From: a virus
Virus record (IMG/VR): IMGVR_UViG_3300045988_155520
Location: 64,001 to 128,000 of that record
DNA length: 64,000 nucleotides
Reading direction: 5' to 3' (one strand)
The position numbers and the translations under genes were made by a program. The notes under the pieces are model-generated. The model ran no database searches. It saw nothing but the letters and a program-made list of their open reading frames with translations, and was not told where the DNA came from. This document shows, piece after piece, positions 8,159 through 15,813 of this stretch (within the stretch, counting starts at the first letter, position 1; the number at the start of each line of letters is the position of its first letter).

Positions 8159-9322
8159 CTAACTACTTTTTTTATAATATTTTTTTTCAGAACTAATTAA
8201 ACGCTCAAACATACCAAATAATGACCCAAATTTATTTTCATCTAATAATAAATTCATAGAATTTCGTTGAATTATTTTATATACATTAGTAGTTTGTCTA
8301 CCCTCTGGGTCAATAGGTGCATCTATTGTTTCTTTTAATTCCATTTCTGCTTCTTCCGTTAGTAATGGTTTACTTAAATCAACTATTTTCCAATTTATTT
8401 CAAACAACTTATTACCTTGACATCCATCAGTTATCTGATTAATGATGTTTTCAAGCGATTTAAGCGGTTTTTTCTTCTCTGACTTTCTACTAACCAGAAG
8501 TTCTTTGGAACGCTCTATAACGTCATTTAAAGTACCTCTACGGGTCTTAAACTCTGGGAATAGTTTAAGGAATGATGTTTCTCCAAGTCCTTTAACACCC
8601 TTTATGTTATCAGACACATCACCACATAATGTTTTTTCTAATACGATGTTTTCATGTGTGATACCAAGTTCTTCTACAGAGTTCTTTGTACTTATTGCTT
8701 TTTTCTTTCTTGGATTATAGATACAAACATCTTCATTTATTAACTGGGTAATATCTTTATCGGCTGATACAACTACAATTTTTTCGTTAGGTTTTCTATT
8801 AATACATCTATAAGCAATAATATCATCACCTTCCACGTTATCAAACATATATTGTCTTACGAATAATTCGTCTAATATTTCTTGAATTATTCCTCTTTGT
8901 CTTTGGAATGATTCATCTTCTGATTCTCCTCGTACAGTAGCTTGTTTCTTGTTATTATGTTTAAGAATATTTTTGCAATAATTAGAAATATATTTGTCAT
9001 AATCGGTTTGGTTTTCACCTACTTCATAATTCTTACCTCTATTCGCTTTATATTCAGGATAAATGTTATATCTTAATATACCACTCATATAGCCATCCCA
9101 ACATACTGTACATGTTTCAAAATCACGCATTTGCAATATCTGTCCTAAGATACGTAAGAAGTTGTATACGGCACCATATTCCTCTCCTTTATCATTTAAT
9201 AATGTTTTATTTACTAACGATATTTTAAGAAGATTGTTTCCGTCTACAATTAAAGTATATATTGGTTTTGTTTGGACTATATTATTTGCTATCGCAACAC
9301 TTTTTCTGACTACTTGTTTCAT
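8159..9322 (-). CDS. 5'-3' exonuclease / flap endonuclease (T4 RNase H-like, PIN + H3TH)
   Basis: LIVDGNNLLKIS, VVVSADKDITQL and CGDVSDNIKGVKGLGETS motifs. I moved the start to MKQVVRK (ATG 9322) because MYLCKKIYT is the promoter box read as protein. Confidence 0.85.
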   Translation of the reverse strand: MKQVVRKSVAIANNIVQTKPIYTLIVDGNNLLKISLVNKTLLNDKGEEYGAVYNFLRILGQILQMRDFETCTVCWDGYMSGILRYNIYPEYKANRGKNYEVGENQTDYDKYISNYCKNILKHNNKKQATVRGESEDESFQRQRGIIQEILDELFVRQYMFDNVEGDDIIAYRCINRKPNEKIVVVSADKDITQLINEDVCIYNPRKKKAISTKNSVEELGITHENIVLEKTLCGDVSDNIKGVKGLGETSFLKLFPEFKTRRGTLNDVIERSKELLVSRKSEKKKPLKSLENIINQITDGCQGNKLFEINWKIVDLSKPLLTEEAEMELKETIDAPIDPEGRQTTNVYKIIQRNSMNLLLDENKFGSLFGMFERLISSEKKYYKKSS

Positions 9323-9338
9323 TGTATATATTTTTTTG

Positions 9339-9369
9339 CAAAGATACATTATTTTTGTTTAAAAACAAA
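9339..9369 (-). promoter_or_regulatory. Bacteroides-type promoter (-33 TTTG / -7 TAnnTTTG)
   Basis: The minus strand reads TTTG(9369-9366)-N19-TATCTTTG(9346-9339), 16 nt upstream of the ATG at 9322. The -33 box lies inside the U-tract of the preceding terminator. Confidence 0.65.
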
Positions 9370-9371
9370 AT

Positions 9372-9393
9372 AAGAGTGGCTAAAACCACTCTT
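9372..9393 (-). terminator. Intrinsic terminator downstream of the neck-like gene
   Basis: Stem aagagtgg (9372-9379) / ccactctt (9386-9393) with a 6-nt loop, then AUUUUGUUUUU on the minus strand. The stem overlaps the stop codon. Confidence 0.6.
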
Positions 9394-10546
9394 ACCGAAC
9401 ATAAAAACCTCCGAGAGGCTTTTGTTGTAATACTTTTATTAAATTATCAGTTAAATTAGATTGTTTTTCTAAAATATTCCAAGGTAACATTTCGTCTAAG
9501 CGTTTATTTAACTCTTCAAGTGCATTCTGCTTATCCTGTTTTCCTAATTCTAAAAGCATGTTATAATCCATTTGCATTTCTGCTTCTGGAATTTTCACAC
9601 TACCTGAATATGTACCACGTATCAAACCTAACGTTATCATTGCTTCAGCAACAAGTAATTGTCGGACAGTTTGCTGGGCTGGATTATTAAGGAACTCGTA
9701 ATGCATTTCATTTAACGGTACTTGGTCTGGTGTTATTAAAACATCATCTTTATTTTCTAATCGGCATTCATTGGCTGCATCTTCACCACCATCACCTATA
9801 TCGTAATAAGTATACCAACAATAACACTTACTATATCTATTCCATCCCCAAGTATCGTCAGCTGCTAATCCGCCAACCATATTTGATGAACCTGGAGTTG
9901 ATAGAAGATGTACAAGATGTGTGCCATTAGGTCCTGCTGTTACTTTGTAAGCAAGGTCTCCTCTTAAAAGTGAATTTTTATACTTCAAATCCGCAGCCAT
10001 AAGTGCTGTATCATATGCAGAGCCAACATAGAATCCTGTAATACCCATTCCATTACCCATGTTTCCATATTGTCCATATCCACCACCAATACCAGTGTCA
10101 AGAGTTCCAAGATTGCCATATAAAGCAGCTTTAGTCGTTGATGGTGTTATATATAATACTTTGTTAATTTCTCGTCCTGCTGGAATTACATAAACTTGTT
10201 TACCTTTCTCTATTTGAAAAAAATCTTTCTTTAACTCATAACTACCACGTTGCTGTAGACCAACTTCTCTTGAGAACCAGTAAGAAAAATCTCTTGACCA
10301 GTCCATAGTACGCACGGTTAATGCATAGGCTACATCGGCAGGGTCTTTCAACAGTGTCTTGTTGCCCATCAGATTTAACCATTGTGACTTGATAACCCAG
10401 TTTTGTACTTTCTCAGAATAATCACCAATTGCAACTTCAAGTAAGTCACATAATTGATTATCATCTAATTGTATAGTTCTAACTGGTGCACCTAATTTAG
10501 TTCTTACGGTCTTAAATAATTTTTTTACTTCTGGTGTTATATTCAT
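9392..10546 (-). CDS. Putative neck protein, T4 gp13-like
   Basis: N-terminal TKLGAPVRTIQLDDNQLCDLLEVAIGDYSEKV resembles my recollection of the T4 gp13 N-terminus ([30 protein letters not shown]). The C-terminal ...PLGGFYVR has a similar flavour. This is a recollection-based match and needs an HMM search. Confidence 0.45.
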   Translation of the reverse strand: MNITPEVKKLFKTVRTKLGAPVRTIQLDDNQLCDLLEVAIGDYSEKVQNWVIKSQWLNLMGNKTLLKDPADVAYALTVRTMDWSRDFSYWFSREVGLQQRGSYELKKDFFQIEKGKQVYVIPAGREINKVLYITPSTTKAALYGNLGTLDTGIGGGYGQYGNMGNGMGITGFYVGSAYDTALMAADLKYKNSLLRGDLAYKVTAGPNGTHLVHLLSTPGSSNMVGGLAADDTWGWNRYSKCYCWYTYYDIGDGGEDAANECRLENKDDVLITPDQVPLNEMHYEFLNNPAQQTVRQLLVAEAMITLGLIRGTYSGSVKIPEAEMQMDYNMLLELGKQDKQNALEELNKRLDEMLPWNILEKQSNLTDNLIKVLQQKPLGGFYVR

Positions 10547-10580
10547 TATTATATACTTTTGATATAAATAGTTGTTAAAT

Positions 10581-10609
10581 AAAAAAAGGAGCGGTCTTAA
10601 ACCACTCCT
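10581..10609 (-). terminator. Intrinsic terminator downstream of the UvsX-like gene
   Basis: Stem aggagcgg (10587-10594) / ccactcct (10602-10609), with one G-U pair in the minus-strand transcript, followed by UUUUUUU (plus-strand A-run 10581-10587). Confidence 0.55.
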
Positions 10610-10615
10610 AATTAT

Positions 10616-11794
10616 TTATTCTTCACTAACTTCTTCTTCACTGAAAGTTAAATCTTTATCAGTAATATTTTCATTAGTGCTATCACTATTATTCTTATAT
10701 TCTTCAAGTTTTTTCAACAAATCCTTTAAATCTGTTTTCTTGTAATTATCAAGTTCGTCCTCACTAATAATACCATTATGAACACAACAGAAAGTACTTT
10801 CTCTCATAATATTCCATGGGCTTGGAAGTTGGTTTTTTGTACTCTTGATTTTAGTGATAATACCGTAATTAACAGTTTCTCCCTTATAAGTACAAGTTAA
10901 ACGCTTTGTAGCTGCTTTTGCAACACCACCAACATGAAGAATGAGTCGTGCACCATACACGAAAGTCTTACCACCCTTAAACTCTATTGATGCAGCACCG
11001 CCCATTGAGTTCATTGAGTCGTTCCATATCTTATTTACACAGAACATAGTGTTTGTAAATTCACACCCTACACTCTTAGAAGCTGGTATTCGGTTGTTAA
11101 TAATATTACTAAATGCTTGTGAAATTGCACCTGCATCAAACATATTATTACCGCTCTTACTTGCATAAGACTTGAATGAACCAATTGAACCAATTGAGTC
11201 CCAAATGAAGCAAATAGGCATTTGTAGTTTACCTTCGTCTTGTTTGTCAAGCAAGTCATTGATGATATAAGATATATCCTCTAATACAGCCTGTTTACGT
11301 TTGGTCTTTGTTTGCTTACCTGTGGAATAATCATTCATACCACATTTCTCGGCAAGAATAACGCTATTGTAATAAAGGAACAGACCTCTGTAGTCAACGA
11401 TACCTTCTTTCACTTCTCCAGTATCTTCGTCAACAATTTCTCCGTAAATTTCCTCAAATTCCATACCGCAGTCTTTAGCGTAACTGAAATCAAAGTTATT
11501 TTCTGTATCAAAAATGACAGGAAGAATACCCTGCCTCTGACATGCTGCAACAACGCAATTGACCAATGTTGATTTACCAGTATTCGACCATCCGCCTACA
11601 ATACTTAAATAACCTAAAGGAAGTCCTGGTAACTGTGTGGCTTCTTCAAATGCCTTTGGTAGATATATGAAATCCATTGGCTTTTCAGCACTTGATTCTC
11701 GTGATACCTTCACTTCATCGGTAAAACCTGCAATCGCTCTAATATCATTAACTGAAGGTTTTGCAAAACTTTTCTTTTTAATAGCCTGTCTCAT
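10616..11794 (-). CDS. RecA-superfamily recombinase-like ATPase (UvsX/RadA-like)
   Basis: Walker A IVGGWSNTGKSTL and Walker B-like ICFIWDSIGSIGS parallel the T4 UvsX segments ILAGPSKSFKS and VVFIDSLGNLAS. It overlaps the tdk stop by 17 nt. Confidence 0.6.
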   Translation of the reverse strand: MRQAIKKKSFAKPSVNDIRAIAGFTDEVKVSRESSAEKPMDFIYLPKAFEEATQLPGLPLGYLSIVGGWSNTGKSTLVNCVVAACQRQGILPVIFDTENNFDFSYAKDCGMEFEEIYGEIVDEDTGEVKEGIVDYRGLFLYYNSVILAEKCGMNDYSTGKQTKTKRKQAVLEDISYIINDLLDKQDEGKLQMPICFIWDSIGSIGSFKSYASKSGNNMFDAGAISQAFSNIINNRIPASKSVGCEFTNTMFCVNKIWNDSMNSMGGAASIEFKGGKTFVYGARLILHVGGVAKAATKRLTCTYKGETVNYGIITKIKSTKNQLPSPWNIMRESTFCCVHNGIISEDELDNYKKTDLKDLLKKLEEYKNNSDSTNENITDKDLTFSEEEVSEE

Positions 11795-12398
11795 TTTCTA
11801 AGTTCTTCTTTCTTATTTCTTTTTTCCAACATTTTCTACATAAGGGTTTGTAAATGTCATTACCACCAACCAAAATTTGATTTCCCTCAGTAATAATCTT
11901 ACCATTCTCATCAAACCTTGCATTGATAGACGCTTTCCCACCACACTCACAATATGACTTGACTTCCTCAATCTCGTCAGCAAGTTCAAATAATCTTTTT
12001 GAACCATCAAAAGTTCTCGATTCAAAATCAGTTCTTAAACCATAACAATAAACGTTAATATTTAAAAAATCAACGATATCACTTAACTGATTAACCTGTT
12101 TCTCGGTGAGAAATTGCGCTTCATCTACCAGTACCCAAGATAATTCACTGAAATGAGTTTTCATAACATTGTTAATCTCTTTTACTTTTTCATAAAGATT
12201 AACATTTACACCTACACTAATACAATCTTTTGATAAACCAGCTCTGGAAACAATTTTATTATCACCATCTCTTGTATCAACATTTGGTTTAATAATTATT
12301 GTAGGAATATTCTTCTCTTCTAAGTTATGCGCAAGGGCAAGAAGTCTAAGTGACTTGGAACTGCCCATTGCACCATAATTAAAATATAATTTTGCCAT
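11778..12398 (-). CDS. tdk: Thymidine kinase
   Basis: YGAMGSSKSLRLL P-loop, VLVDEAQFL, and a C-terminal zinc motif CECGGKA...CRKC. The size (206 aa) is typical. Confidence 0.9.
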   Translation of the reverse strand: MAKLYFNYGAMGSSKSLRLLALAHNLEEKNIPTIIIKPNVDTRDGDNKIVSRAGLSKDCISVGVNVNLYEKVKEINNVMKTHFSELSWVLVDEAQFLTEKQVNQLSDIVDFLNINVYCYGLRTDFESRTFDGSKRLFELADEIEEVKSYCECGGKASINARFDENGKIITEGNQILVGGNDIYKPLCRKCWKKEIRKKNLENETGY

Positions 12399-12409
12399 TT
12401 ACTTATTAT

Positions 12410-13438
12410 TTAAAATGGTAAATCAACATCGTCATCATTGTCATTTGAGAAAATCTCATTAGATACCTGTGTTGATGGAGTTTCTACTGAATTTCCCGTG
12501 TTCGCAGTTTCTGGATTAGCTTCAAACTTACTACTTGTATCTGGAGTTAAATTGTTCTCCAATTCACTCTGTTCACGTGCATCATCCTCTTGTACCTTTG
12601 CATTCTTGTCAACGTACATTTGTTTCTCCTTGTCGTAAACAGGTACACCACCCTCAACTAAGATTCTCATATACTCAGAACTCTTAGTAGGGAACACCTC
12701 TGTCCACTTCTTCTCATCCTTAATCCAACTAAGTCCTTTCTCGAAATCGGTTGTTAATGGACTTGGGAAGCCCTCATCGGCTACTTTATAAGATGTCTTA
12801 TTGTCCTTTCCACGTGTAATTGTAATGATAAAATCTTCACCATTATTGAGGTCAAAGATATTATAATCATTACCTTTCTTCTTTCCTGATTCATTTCTAA
12901 GTTTATAGAAATTCATCATATGGTCATAAATACCTTGCTGTTTATTTGAACTATTAAACAACCAGAATTTAACACCATCCTCTTCATGGTCTCTATCAAT
13001 ACATCTAACAACCCATGCTTCCTTTGCTTTATCCATGAAAGCGACTTCTCCAAGTTTCTTCTTTGTAACTTCATCAGTAGCTTCTCTCTGTTGTTCCTGT
13101 GCATGACGTGATACCTTACAAATAGGACATTCGCACCCCTTACCGTCTTTTGCATTCTTTTCTGGGCAAGGAATCATCTTCCATCCACTCTTAGAAACTT
13201 CTCTATTTACACGGATAGTATGAATCCATACTTTCTTAAATGGAGAACCGCCTTCTGGAGAGAATGGTAGTAATCTAATAGTAAGTGTTTTTTCATTTTC
13301 CCCCTCTTCCAAGCGAGCCTGTAAATAATTCTTGGTATCGAAGGATGAATTTTGATTCTTAGGCTGAGAATCTCTTAATACATCGTTGTACTGTTTTTCA
13401 ACAGCGTCTGAATTAATGTTTACATTAAATTGTGTCAT
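12410..13438 (-). CDS. Single-stranded DNA-binding protein, T4 gp32-like
   Basis: LTIRLLPFSPEGGSPF (compare T4 IRFLPS...APF), a zinc motif CPEKNAKDGKGCECPICKVSRH, and an acidic tail DNDDDVDLPF. Confidence 0.8.
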   Translation of the reverse strand: MTQFNVNINSDAVEKQYNDVLRDSQPKNQNSSFDTKNYLQARLEEGENEKTLTIRLLPFSPEGGSPFKKVWIHTIRVNREVSKSGWKMIPCPEKNAKDGKGCECPICKVSRHAQEQQREATDEVTKKKLGEVAFMDKAKEAWVVRCIDRDHEEDGVKFWLFNSSNKQQGIYDHMMNFYKLRNESGKKKGNDYNIFDLNNGEDFIITITRGKDNKTSYKVADEGFPSPLTTDFEKGLSWIKDEKKWTEVFPTKSSEYMRILVEGGVPVYDKEKQMYVDKNAKVQEDDAREQSELENNLTPDTSSKFEANPETANTGNSVETPSTQVSNEIFSNDNDDDVDLPF

Positions 13439-13508
13439 AAAATAAAAAATTAAAATATTAAAAAATTGATTTGTGAGTCTATATACTCACTTAAACTAAA
13501 TTACATTG

Positions 13509-13540
13509 CAAAGATACAGAGAAAAATATATATTACCAAA
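13509..13540 (-). promoter_or_regulatory. Bacteroides-type promoter (-33 TTTG / -7 TAnnTTTG) for the SSB gene
   Basis: The minus strand reads TTTG(13540-13537)-N20-TATCTTTG(13516-13509), about 70 nt upstream of the ATG at 13438. Confidence 0.65.
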
Positions 13541-13541
13541 T

Positions 13542-13593
13542 AAAATCTCTGCTAATATATAAATATCTTTATTATCTATATTTAGCAGAGATT
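13542..13593 (-). terminator. Intrinsic terminator downstream of ORF 13610..14446
   Basis: 12-bp stem aatctctgctaa (13544-13555) / ttagcagagatt (13582-13593) with a 26-nt AT loop, then UUUUAUUUGG on the minus strand. It abuts the SSB promoter. Confidence 0.6.
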
Positions 13594-13609
13594 ATGTACT
13601 ATATTTTTA

Positions 13610-14446
13610 TTAAATACCAAAAATTTTATTGATATCTTGTATATCATCATCATCTATATTGTAGAAAGAATCCGCAATTTGAGATGTATTAGCATTCTTG
13701 ATATCATCTTGTGTTAAAGTGTATTGTTTTTCATCTGTCTTTTCACCTCCATCTGTTACACTATAGTTGTTTCTATTCTGTATTCTTTTCTCTATAGCTT
13801 CTTCTGGTGTTTCTGAAAAACCTGGGGAATCAAATTTACGTCTCATATCCAAACGTTCAATCTGTGTTGGATTCCTTTTCTCGAACTCTTTTCTAAGGTT
13901 CATGATTTCTTCATTATTTGAATCAATCATTGTTTCCATTTTTTCGAGAAAAGCCATGAGTCTTTCAATTCTATTATCTACTTTTCCTAAACCAATACCA
14001 ATTTTATTTGTTTTATAATTCAACTTCTCTTGTGCGTCTGTCAAATCACCGATATAAATTGTATCACCTTCATCATTGGTTTCTTCGTCGTTACCATCAC
14101 CAAATGGGTCTTCGGAATCATCTATAGAAGGTGCTTCCATTCCACTCATCCTATCATCACCCATAGTTTCGTTTCCCATGCCACCCATGTCTTGATTATC
14201 CATTCCTTGTGGATTCTCTCCACCCATAGGATTTTCATTACCCATAGGTGCATTATCTTGTTCAGCCCCATCATTCATGCCATTGTCATTCATAGGGTCT
14301 GAACCTTGTTCAGGCATGCCTTGTTCGTTATTGTCAGCTTCATCGAGTTCTTCTATTGGTGAAATGTATGTTTCATTACACATCCTTAAGAATTGCTTAT
14401 GTGCTTCCAATAAACCGTTTTCTTTCAGATATTTTATATTTGTCAT
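13610..14446 (-). CDS. Highly acidic protein with a Met/Gly/Asn/Asp/Glu-rich low-complexity region and a C-terminal helical region; function unknown
   Basis: 278 aa, including NAPMGNENPMGGENPQGMDNQDMGGMGNETMGDDRMSGME. The later segment IERLMAFLEKMETMIDSNNEEIMNLRKEFEK looks coiled-coil-like. Confidence 0.55.
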   Translation of the reverse strand: MTNIKYLKENGLLEAHKQFLRMCNETYISPIEELDEADNNEQGMPEQGSDPMNDNGMNDGAEQDNAPMGNENPMGGENPQGMDNQDMGGMGNETMGDDRMSGMEAPSIDDSEDPFGDGNDEETNDEGDTIYIGDLTDAQEKLNYKTNKIGIGLGKVDNRIERLMAFLEKMETMIDSNNEEIMNLRKEFEKRNPTQIERLDMRRKFDSPGFSETPEEAIEKRIQNRNNYSVTDGGEKTDEKQYTLTQDDIKNANTSQIADSFYNIDDDDIQDINKIFGI

Positions 14447-14448
14447 TA

Positions 14449-14718
14449 TTAATCAACCAATAATTCTTTGTTATCTTCGGTAAGTATCGTTTTAGAACTC
14501 TCAGTTCTCTCTATAAGTCCTTTATCTTTTCTGATTCTTTTAACGTTCTGTTTCTTATTATCTTCTGTTGAAAGAATCTCCTGTGCCATAGCTACTTTTT
14601 CTGCTGTATTCATAACTTCTTTTTTTTCTTCTTTGTTATTAAAAACTATATTATTTTGATTAATATCCATTCTTGATATTCTTCTTGATTGTGATTGCTT
14701 TTGTATAAAACGTACCAT
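14449..14718 (-). CDS. Small basic/acidic hypothetical protein (89 aa)
   Basis: The ORF fits the packing, ending 3 nt from the next start. It is preceded by the AT-rich catataaatag motif (14736-14746). No domain recognised. Confidence 0.4.
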   Translation of the reverse strand: MVRFIQKQSQSRRISRMDINQNNIVFNNKEEKKEVMNTAEKVAMAQEILSTEDNKKQNVKRIRKDKGLIERTESSKTILTEDNKELLVD

Positions 14719-14747
14719 GAAACTGTAATTTATTACATATAAATAGT

Positions 14748-15161
14748 TTATGAGTTTAAAAAGACTGTTATATCTTCAATCTTACTAATATTATATAACC
14801 TTAATTTTCCAGATGTCATAATCATAAGTTTATTCTTGAATTTTGACCAATCAATCACATATTCTTTATGATTTTGAATAGTATCACCATTTTCTTCTTT
14901 AATCAATTCATTTAAGGCGTTAATTGAAAATAAGCATCCGTTCTTTACATGAAGAACAGTAGAATTATATAATTTATTAATAAGTCCTTTATTGCTATAA
15001 GACTTAAAGGTTACAAGATATTCATTGCTATTCCCTTCAATTATGAACACATAAATTTTGTCAGTATTCATTTTTGTCAGATTCTTAACTTTCTCAATAA
15101 ACGAAAGTATTTTGTGTTTATTTACAAAGGTACCGATTAAAACTTCTTTCTTTGATGTCAT
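14748..15161 (-). CDS. Hypothetical protein (137 aa)
   Basis: ORF in a tightly packed same-strand array. No motif recognised. Confidence 0.5.
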   Translation of the reverse strand: MTSKKEVLIGTFVNKHKILSFIEKVKNLTKMNTDKIYVFIIEGNSNEYLVTFKSYSNKGLINKLYNSTVLHVKNGCLFSINALNELIKEENGDTIQNHKEYVIDWSKFKNKLMIMTSGKLRLYNISKIEDITVFLNS

Positions 15162-15164
15162 CTC

Positions 15165-15767
15165 TTAATCTATATTTTCCATAAGATAAGGCACAGCGTA
15201 TTTATTTTCATACCCTATCTCTTTAAGAATCTTATGAACTTTTTCATTATTGTCATAAACAATTTTGTTGTTTTTGTTCATTCTGATTCTTGAAATTATT
15301 TTTTCTTTCTTTATACCACAATACTCAAGTAAACTTAACGATAATCCGTAAGTATTATTTTCATATTGAAAATATATCATATTTTTACTAATATAAATAT
15401 AATTTATTTTTGTATTATTAAATAATATATTATATAATCTTTTTATTTTATTATATTTTATATATATAATATTAATATAATAATATTTTATATTAAATAA
15501 TATATTAATAATAATATATTTATAGAAATTTTCTAAATCAATTTCATAATCAGAACGTGATTCTGTTTTTTTAAAAGTCCAGAAAGTTTTATCATCTATT
15601 TTCTTTTCTAATATATTTTTATAACCTTTAACTTTTTTTGCATTTTTATATCCTATATACAAAATAGGCTTTGTGAGGTCTGCTTGAGATATATCTTTCA
15701 CATTCCCCACAAAGTCTCGTAAATCACTAATCTTTCTATCTGAAATAATATAGCCAAGTTTGCTCAT
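15165..15767 (-). CDS. Hypothetical protein (200 aa) containing an Ile/Tyr/Asn/Lys low-complexity insert
   Basis: I moved the start to MSKLGY (ATG 15767). The track's upstream codons (MDNFVFIKKIRIFAKKIT) cover the promoter box and overlap the end of the giant ORF. Confidence 0.5.
   Translation of the reverse strand: MSKLGYIISDRKISDLRDFVGNVKDISQADLTKPILYIGYKNAKKVKGYKNILEKKIDDKTFWTFKKTESRSDYEIDLENFYKYIIINILFNIKYYYINIIYIKYNKIKRLYNILFNNTKINYIYISKNMIYFQYENNTYGLSLSLLEYCGIKKEKIISRIRMNKNNKIVYDNNEKVHKILKEIGYENKYAVPYLMENID
15370..15530. repeat. About 160 nt of almost pure A/T low-complexity sequence with short reiterated units (aataatatat, taatatt, tatattaa)
   Basis: Direct reading shows only a handful of G/C bases between about 15370 and 15530. 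The tract lies inside CDS 15165..15767, where it encodes NILFNIKYYYINIIYIKYNKIKRLYNILFNN. Confidence 0.7.
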
Positions 15768-15781
15768 CGTTATTTTTTTCG

Positions 15782-15812
15782 CAAAGATACGGATTTTTTT
15801 AATAAAAACAAA
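15782..15812 (-). promoter_or_regulatory. Bacteroides-type promoter (-33 TTTG / -7 TAnnTTTG)
   Basis: The minus strand reads TTTG(15812-15809)-N19-TATCTTTG(15789-15782), 14 nt upstream of the ATG at 15767. Confidence 0.65.
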
Positions 15813-15813
15813 A

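Noticed and set aside
9323-9349. N-terminal extensions beginning MYLC (8159..9349 and 7786..8133), MDNFVFIKK (15165..15821) and MHRIKIVF (50264..), as given in the ORF track.
   Set aside because: These codons are the GTATCTTTGCA promoter core and its spacer read as protein, and two of the starts are TTG/ATG inside the box itself. Internal ATGs 14-22 nt downstream of the -7 box give sensible starts and remove gene overlaps.
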